Shown one piece after another: positions 16,423-20,993 of a stretch of 20,993 bases of DNA. The stretch covers positions 1 to 20,993 of the forward strand of contig JAYGFR010000311.1 in NCBI GenBank assembly GCA_046581755.1. Direction: 5' to 3'. The notes beneath the pieces are model-generated. The model was not told the origin of the DNA. It did not search any database and was given only the letters and a program-made list of their open reading frames with translations. A program made the position numbers and the translations under genes. This stretch comes from Nitrospinota bacterium. GTDB taxonomy: Bacteria > UBA8248. The stretch's first letter is position 1. Every line of letters starts with the position of its first letter.

Positions 16423-17799
16423 ATGCGTATCTTCGGCCTGGCTGCCGCCTTCATCGCCCTCTCCTTGGCTTTCATATATCCGGACACTGCCGGAGCCCAG
16501 GGCATCAAGGCACTCGAAAAAAACGTGGTCGAATTGCGCGTTGCCATCGACACGATCTGGGTCTTGGTCGCGGGATTCCTGGTTTTTTGGATGCACGCCG
16601 GATTCGCGATGCTCGAGGCCGGACTCTGCCGGGCAAAAAACACCATCGCCATTTTGTACAAGAATTTTGGCGTCGTGGCCGTCTCCTCGCTGGCTTTTTG
16701 GGTGTTCGGCTTCGCTCTGATGTTCGGGGACGGGAGCGCCCTGCTGGGAACGAAGGGTTTCTTCGTTTTCGGCGCCGACAACAGCCCCGCCATGGGGGAC
16801 GCCTACAAGGGCGTATTCACCTCGCTCAACTGGACAGGGATTCCGCTCCTCGCGAAATTTTTCTTCCAGCTCGTTTTCGCGGCCACAGCGGCTACAATCG
16901 TCTCGGGCTGCGTCGCCGAGCGGATTCACTTCTCCTCGTTCATGATATTCAGTTTCATCCTTGTCGCCATCATCTACCCGATTCAGGGGCACTGGATTTG
17001 GGGCGGTGGCTGGCTCGCAAGCTGGGGCTTTCTCGACTTCGCCGGCTCGACCGTCGTTCACTCGGTGGGAGGCTGGGCCGGGCTGGCCGGAATCATCGTT
17101 CTGGGCCCGCGCCTGGGGAAATACGACGACTCGGGCCGAATGACCCCCATTCCAGGGCATAACATGGCCTTCGTCACTCTGGGCGGGTTTATCCTCTGGC
17201 TCGGCTGGTTCGGCTTTAACCCGGGAAGCACGATGGGCACCTCCAACCCCGGCCTCATCGCGCATATCGCCGTCACCACCAACCTCGCCGCCGCCGCGGG
17301 CGTCGTCATGTCGAGCATCACCTCGCGCGTCCTTTTCGGAAAATCCGATCTATCGATGAGCGTCAACGGCGCCCTCGCCGGGCTGGTGGCCATCACGGCA
17401 CCTTGCGCCTACGTCACCCCGGCCGCCTCCGTCCTCATCGGCGCCCTCGCGGGCATCATCGTTTGCCTTTCGGTTCCGTTTTTCGACGCCCGCAAGATCG
17501 ACGACCCTGTGGGGGCCCTCTCGGTCCACTTGGTGTGCGGCGTGTTCGGCACCGTCGCCTTGGGGCTGTTCGGCGTGCCCAAGCTGACGGGGGGAGCCGC
17601 GGGCCTCTTCTACGGGGGCGGCGTGACCTTCCTCTTCAAGCAGATTACCGGCGTTCTCGCCGTCGGCGCCTTCACCTTCATTCTTTCCCTGATACTGTGG
17701 AACGTGGTCAAGGCCTTGATGGGCATGCGGGTGGACATCGAATCCGAGCATACGGGCCTGGATCTCACCGAGCACGGGATGGAGGCCTACCCCGAATAA
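16423..17799 (+). CDS. amtB: Ammonium transporter
   Basis: GGAGG RBS. AGFAMLEAG, FQLVFAA, DFAGSTVVH, LWLGWFGFNPGS, NGALAGLVAIT, IDDPVGALSVH (twin His intact). Confidence 0.97.
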   Translation: MRIFGLAAAFIALSLAFIYPDTAGAQGIKALEKNVVELRVAIDTIWVLVAGFLVFWMHAGFAMLEAGLCRAKNTIAILYKNFGVVAVSSLAFWVFGFALMFGDGSALLGTKGFFVFGADNSPAMGDAYKGVFTSLNWTGIPLLAKFFFQLVFAATAATIVSGCVAERIHFSSFMIFSFILVAIIYPIQGHWIWGGGWLASWGFLDFAGSTVVHSVGGWAGLAGIIVLGPRLGKYDDSGRMTPIPGHNMAFVTLGGFILWLGWFGFNPGSTMGTSNPGLIAHIAVTTNLAAAAGVVMSSITSRVLFGKSDLSMSVNGALAGLVAITAPCAYVTPAASVLIGALAGIIVCLSVPFFDARKIDDPVGALSVHLVCGVFGTVALGLFGVPKLTGGAAGLFYGGGVTFLFKQITGVLAVGAFTFILSLILWNVVKALMGMRVDIESEHTGLDLTEHGMEAYPE

Positions 17800-17845
17800 A
17801 ATCCGGGATAGAGCGTTTTCGCAGACAGAAAATAACCGCCTCGAT

Positions 17846-17878
17846 GGGGGGCCTTCAACTGGAAGGTCCCCCTTTATT
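17846..17878 (+). terminator. Rho-independent terminator after amtB
   Basis: GGGGGGCCTTC-AACTG-GAAGGTCCCCC 11-bp stem (one G-U pair) followed by TTTATT. Confidence 0.75.
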
Positions 17879-17942
17879 CTGATATACGGCCTCTTACGGA
17901 ATGGATTTCGCCGGAGGCGAACGAACCGCCATGGAGGAAATC

Positions 17943-19289
17943 GTGAGCGAGAACATGCCGGATCGGGACAAGGAGTTCGTCCTCAACCAGGCGCGCGAGT
18001 TGGGGGTGCGGTTCATCCGCCTTTGGTTCACCGACATTCTCGGCTTCCTCAAAAGCTTTGCCATCACCATCGAGGAGCTCGAAACGGCTCTTTTCGAGGG
18101 CCACCTCTTCGACGGCTCCTCCATCGAAGGCTTTACCCGAATCGAGGAGAGCGACATGTTCGCCCACCCCGATCCGACCACCTTTTGCGTCCTTCCCTGG
18201 CGGCCCAAAAAGGGCGGCGCCGTCGCTCGCATGTTCTGCGATATCTCGATGGCCGACGAAACCCCCTATGAGGGCGATCCGCGCTACGTTCTGAGGCGCG
18301 CTCTCCAGGCCGCCGCTCAGAAGGGCTACACCTTCTATGTCGGCACCGAATTCGAGCACTACTACTTTGAGTCCTCCGAGCTTCCCCTGAAAGTACTCGA
18401 CACGGGCGGCTATTTCGACCTCACCCCGCTCGACGTGGCCAGCGATTTGCGGCGCGACACCGTACTCAACCTCGAGGAGATGGGAATCGGCGTCGAATTC
18501 AGCCACCACGAAGTGGGCCCCAGCCAGCATGAGATTGATCTGCGCTACGACGACGCCCTCACCATGGCCGACAACGCCATGACCTACCGCCTCGTGGTTA
18601 AGGAAGTGGCCATGCGCAACGGCGTTTACGCCACCTTCATGCCCCGGCCCCTCGAGGACAAGAACGGCAACGGAATGCACACCCACCTGTCGCTGTTCCA
18701 GGGGACCGAGAACGCCTTCTACGACAAATCGAAGGACCACGGCTTATCGGACACCTGCCACAGCTTCATCGCCGGGCTCTTGCGCCACATCCCGGAGATA
18801 ACCCTCGTCCTCAACCAATGGGCCAACAGCTACAAGCGCCTCGTCCCTGGAATCGAAGCGCCTCTCTATATCTCATGGGCCCACAAGAACCGGAGCGACC
18901 TGATCCGCATCCCCACAATCCGCAAGGGCCGCCCCTCGGATACGCGAATCGAACTCCGATCCCCCGATCCGGCCTGCAACCCCTACCTTGCCTTTGCGTG
19001 CATGCTGGCCGCGGGAATGAAAGGGATCGAGGAGGGCTATCCTCCCGTCCCGCCGGTCGACGAGAACGTCTTCGAGCTCAGTGCCGCCGAACGCGAGGCA
19101 CGGGGCATCGGCATCCTGCCGGCCGATCTCAACGAAGCCATCAAGGCGGCGGAAAATAGCGAACTGCTGCGGGATGTGTTCGGCGAGGCGTTGATGGAGA
19201 AATTCATCTCCAACAAAAAAATGGATTGGGAGCGCTACCGGGCCCATGTCTCGAACTTCGAACTGACGACCTATCTGCCCATTCTCTAG
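17943..19289 (+). CDS. glnA: Glutamine synthetase type I (GSI-alpha / GlnA2-like)
   Basis: FDGSSIEGF, HHEVGPSQHE, ATFMPRP, NGNGMHTHLSL, NSYKRLVPGIEAP, RIELRSPDPACNPYL. Start most likely GTG 17943 (GGAGG RBS); alternatives are 17901, 17931 and 17955. Confidence 0.93.
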   Translation: MSENMPDRDKEFVLNQARELGVRFIRLWFTDILGFLKSFAITIEELETALFEGHLFDGSSIEGFTRIEESDMFAHPDPTTFCVLPWRPKKGGAVARMFCDISMADETPYEGDPRYVLRRALQAAAQKGYTFYVGTEFEHYYFESSELPLKVLDTGGYFDLTPLDVASDLRRDTVLNLEEMGIGVEFSHHEVGPSQHEIDLRYDDALTMADNAMTYRLVVKEVAMRNGVYATFMPRPLEDKNGNGMHTHLSLFQGTENAFYDKSKDHGLSDTCHSFIAGLLRHIPEITLVLNQWANSYKRLVPGIEAPLYISWAHKNRSDLIRIPTIRKGRPSDTRIELRSPDPACNPYLAFACMLAAGMKGIEEGYPPVPPVDENVFELSAAEREARGIGILPADLNEAIKAAENSELLRDVFGEALMEKFISNKKMDWERYRAHVSNFELTTYLPIL

Positions 19290-19297
19290 GCGGCGCC

Positions 19298-19636
19298 TCA
19301 GCCGCCTTCACCGCCCAGATTTTCGCCCAGCCAGGCCAGATAGGCCTCGCTCCCCCGGTCGATGGGCAGGGCCAAAATCTCGGGAACCTCGTAGCTGTGG
19401 AGCGCGAGGACTCTTTTTTCCAGATCTTCCAAGGAATCCGCCGATGCCTTGATCAGCAAAAGAACCTCCGATTCATCCTCCACCGCACCCTGCCAGCGAT
19501 AGATGCTCCGCACCCCGGGAACGATGTTGACGCAGGCGGCCAGCCGCTCCTCGACCAGCGACCGCGCGATTTTCGAGGCCTCATCCTCGGAGCCCGCCGT
19601 GACTAGCACAACCCGGAACGCCCCCGCCTCTTTCAT
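19298..19636 (-). CDS. cutA: Divalent-cation tolerance protein CutA
   Basis: LVEERLAACVN, SIYRWQG, LHSYEVPEI, YLAWL. Start ATG 19636, or 19663 overlapping the meaB stop. Confidence 0.95.
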   Translation of the reverse strand: MKEAGAFRVVLVTAGSEDEASKIARSLVEERLAACVNIVPGVRSIYRWQGAVEDESEVLLLIKASADSLEDLEKRVLALHSYEVPEILALPIDRGSEAYLAWLGENLGGEGG

Positions 19637-19659
19637 TGGGCCGCCCTCCCCTTGATAAA

Positions 19660-20628
19660 TCATCCCTCCCCGGAGCCGAGCAGGCGCTCGGCGGCGGTGT
19701 AGGGATCTTCCTTGCGATCGGCGATCTCGCCGATAATTTTCTCGAACCCGGGCTCACCCTCGCGGCCGCCGAGGTAGCGCTCGGCGGCGATGGACTTGAG
19801 TGTTTCCTCCAGAATTCGCCGGGCGCGGCCGCGGCGAATGCGATCCGCCGCCTCGGGATGGGCCTCCAGATGGGCATCCCGTCCGGCGATGGCCTCCATC
19901 AACTCGCCGATACCCATCCCGTCCAGGGCGTCCGTCTGCAGAACCGGCGGAAACCAGGCGCCTTCGCGGGCGCCGGGGCGGTCATGGAGCATCTCCTCGA
20001 TCATGCGGGCGCTTTGTTCGGCCCCCTCGCGGCGGGCCTTATTCACCACGAATATATGCGCGATCTCCATAATTCCCGCCTTCGCCGCCTGCACGTCGTC
20101 GCCCGCACCGGGCTCCACCGCGAGAATCACCGTATCCGCCAGATGGACCACCTCAACCTCGGCCTGACCGACCCCCACCGTTTCGATGAGGATAATGTCC
20201 CAACCCATGGCGTCCAGGACCTGAATGGCCTCTCCGCTGGCGCGCGCCAGGCCGCCCAGATGGCCCCGCGTGGCCATGCTGCGGATAAAAACGCCGGAAT
20301 CGGTGAAATGGCTGCTCAGCCGGATTCGATCGCCCAGGATCGCCCCGCCCGTAAACGGGCTCGACGGATCGACCGCCAGGACGGCAACACGCTTATCGGC
20401 GGCCCGGAACCCGCCGACGAGTTGGGCGGCCAGCGTGCTTTTTCCCACGCCGGGAGCGCCCGTCAAGGCCACGATCCGGGCGTGGCCCCCATGCCCGTAA
20501 AGGGCTTTCAGGAGCGGACGGGTGGATGGGTCCCCGTCCTCGATCCGGCGGATGAGCCTGGAGGCGGCGAGGAGGTCCCCCGACAGAATGGGCTCAAGCC
20601 CTGCATCGATGGCTGATGGTTTTGACAT
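19660..20628 (-). CDS. meaB: Methylmalonyl-CoA mutase-associated GTPase MeaB/ArgK
   Basis: TGAPGVGKST, AVDPSSPFTGGAILGDRIR, FIRSMATRGHLGG, ETVGVGQ, QAAKAGIMEIA. Confidence 0.95.
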   Translation of the reverse strand: MSKPSAIDAGLEPILSGDLLAASRLIRRIEDGDPSTRPLLKALYGHGGHARIVALTGAPGVGKSTLAAQLVGGFRAADKRVAVLAVDPSSPFTGGAILGDRIRLSSHFTDSGVFIRSMATRGHLGGLARASGEAIQVLDAMGWDIILIETVGVGQAEVEVVHLADTVILAVEPGAGDDVQAAKAGIMEIAHIFVVNKARREGAEQSARMIEEMLHDRPGAREGAWFPPVLQTDALDGMGIGELMEAIAGRDAHLEAHPEAADRIRRGRARRILEETLKSIAAERYLGGREGEPGFEKIIGEIADRKEDPYTAAERLLGSGEG

Positions 20629-20712
20629 GGCTACCGGGGGGCGGGGCCGCCGGCCACCGGACCGGGCAGGCCCCTCCGGGCGGCGACGGGAAAATATCGA
20701 ACGAGCGGAATA

Positions 20713-20993
20713 TCAAATCTCGTCGATGGTCTTGTCCACAACCAGGGGCGGCTTGTAGCCGGGAAGCCCCTGAATGTAGGGACAATCCTCGGGCAGGCCG
20801 CCCATCTGGATAATCTCGGCGCCGACAGGCATGCAAAGAGGCTCGTTTTCAAACCGATTCTCATAGCACTTGCAAAGGTTCGTCTCCGTATCCAGGAACC
20901 CGCAGGCGCTCTTGAGGAGCATCAGGCGCGAACCACGCCATACCTTGTCGTAGCAGCATTTGCCGCAATGGGTGCATAGGGCCTCCCATTCAG
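20713..20993 (-). CDS. YcgN/YkgJ-like cysteine cluster protein (5' end outside window)
   Basis: The frame is open to the window edge: EWEALCTHCGKCCYDK...ACGFLD..TNLCKCYENRF...C...LPEDCPY. Confidence 0.85.
   Translation of the reverse strand, partial: EWEALCTHCGKCCYDKVWRGSRLMLLKSACGFLDTETNLCKCYENRFENEPLCMPVGAEIIQMGGLPEDCPYIQGLPGYKPPLVVDKTIDEI

Noticed and set aside
19636..20616. 326-aa plus-strand ORF
   Set aside because: Antisense shadow of meaB.

Overview
GC-rich bacterial chromosomal window with about 20 densely packed genes. No mobile element, CRISPR array or rRNA/tRNA was seen. It has five blocks. (1) A minus-strand NitT/TauT-type ABC importer locus with two paralogous binding proteins, a permease, an ATPase and an RNase Z-like metallo-beta-lactamase, divergent from an HxlR regulator. 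(2) A tightly coupled minus-strand operon: mtaB, DUF62 SAM hydrolase, DsbA/FrnE-like oxidoreductase, S58 peptidase, MFS transporter, Rid protein. The DsbA-like gene has an in-frame TGA in a UPWC motif, so it is a probable selenoprotein missed by the ORF track. (3) A coxM-coxS-coxD-coxE-like molybdenum hydroxylase cluster with no large subunit gene, a histone H1-like tail on the 2Fe-2S subunit and a long structured leader. (4) A nitrogen-assimilation cluster: GlnR-like orphan OmpR regulator, a tandem GlnR box (TTAAC-n6-GAAAC-n6-GTAAC-n6-GAAAC), amtB without glnK, a terminator, and a GSI-alpha/GlnA2-like glnA. (5) cutA, meaB and a partial YcgN-like gene. The strongest leads are the selenoprotein and the actinobacterial-style GlnR module. 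All assignments come from reading motifs by eye; no searches were run.
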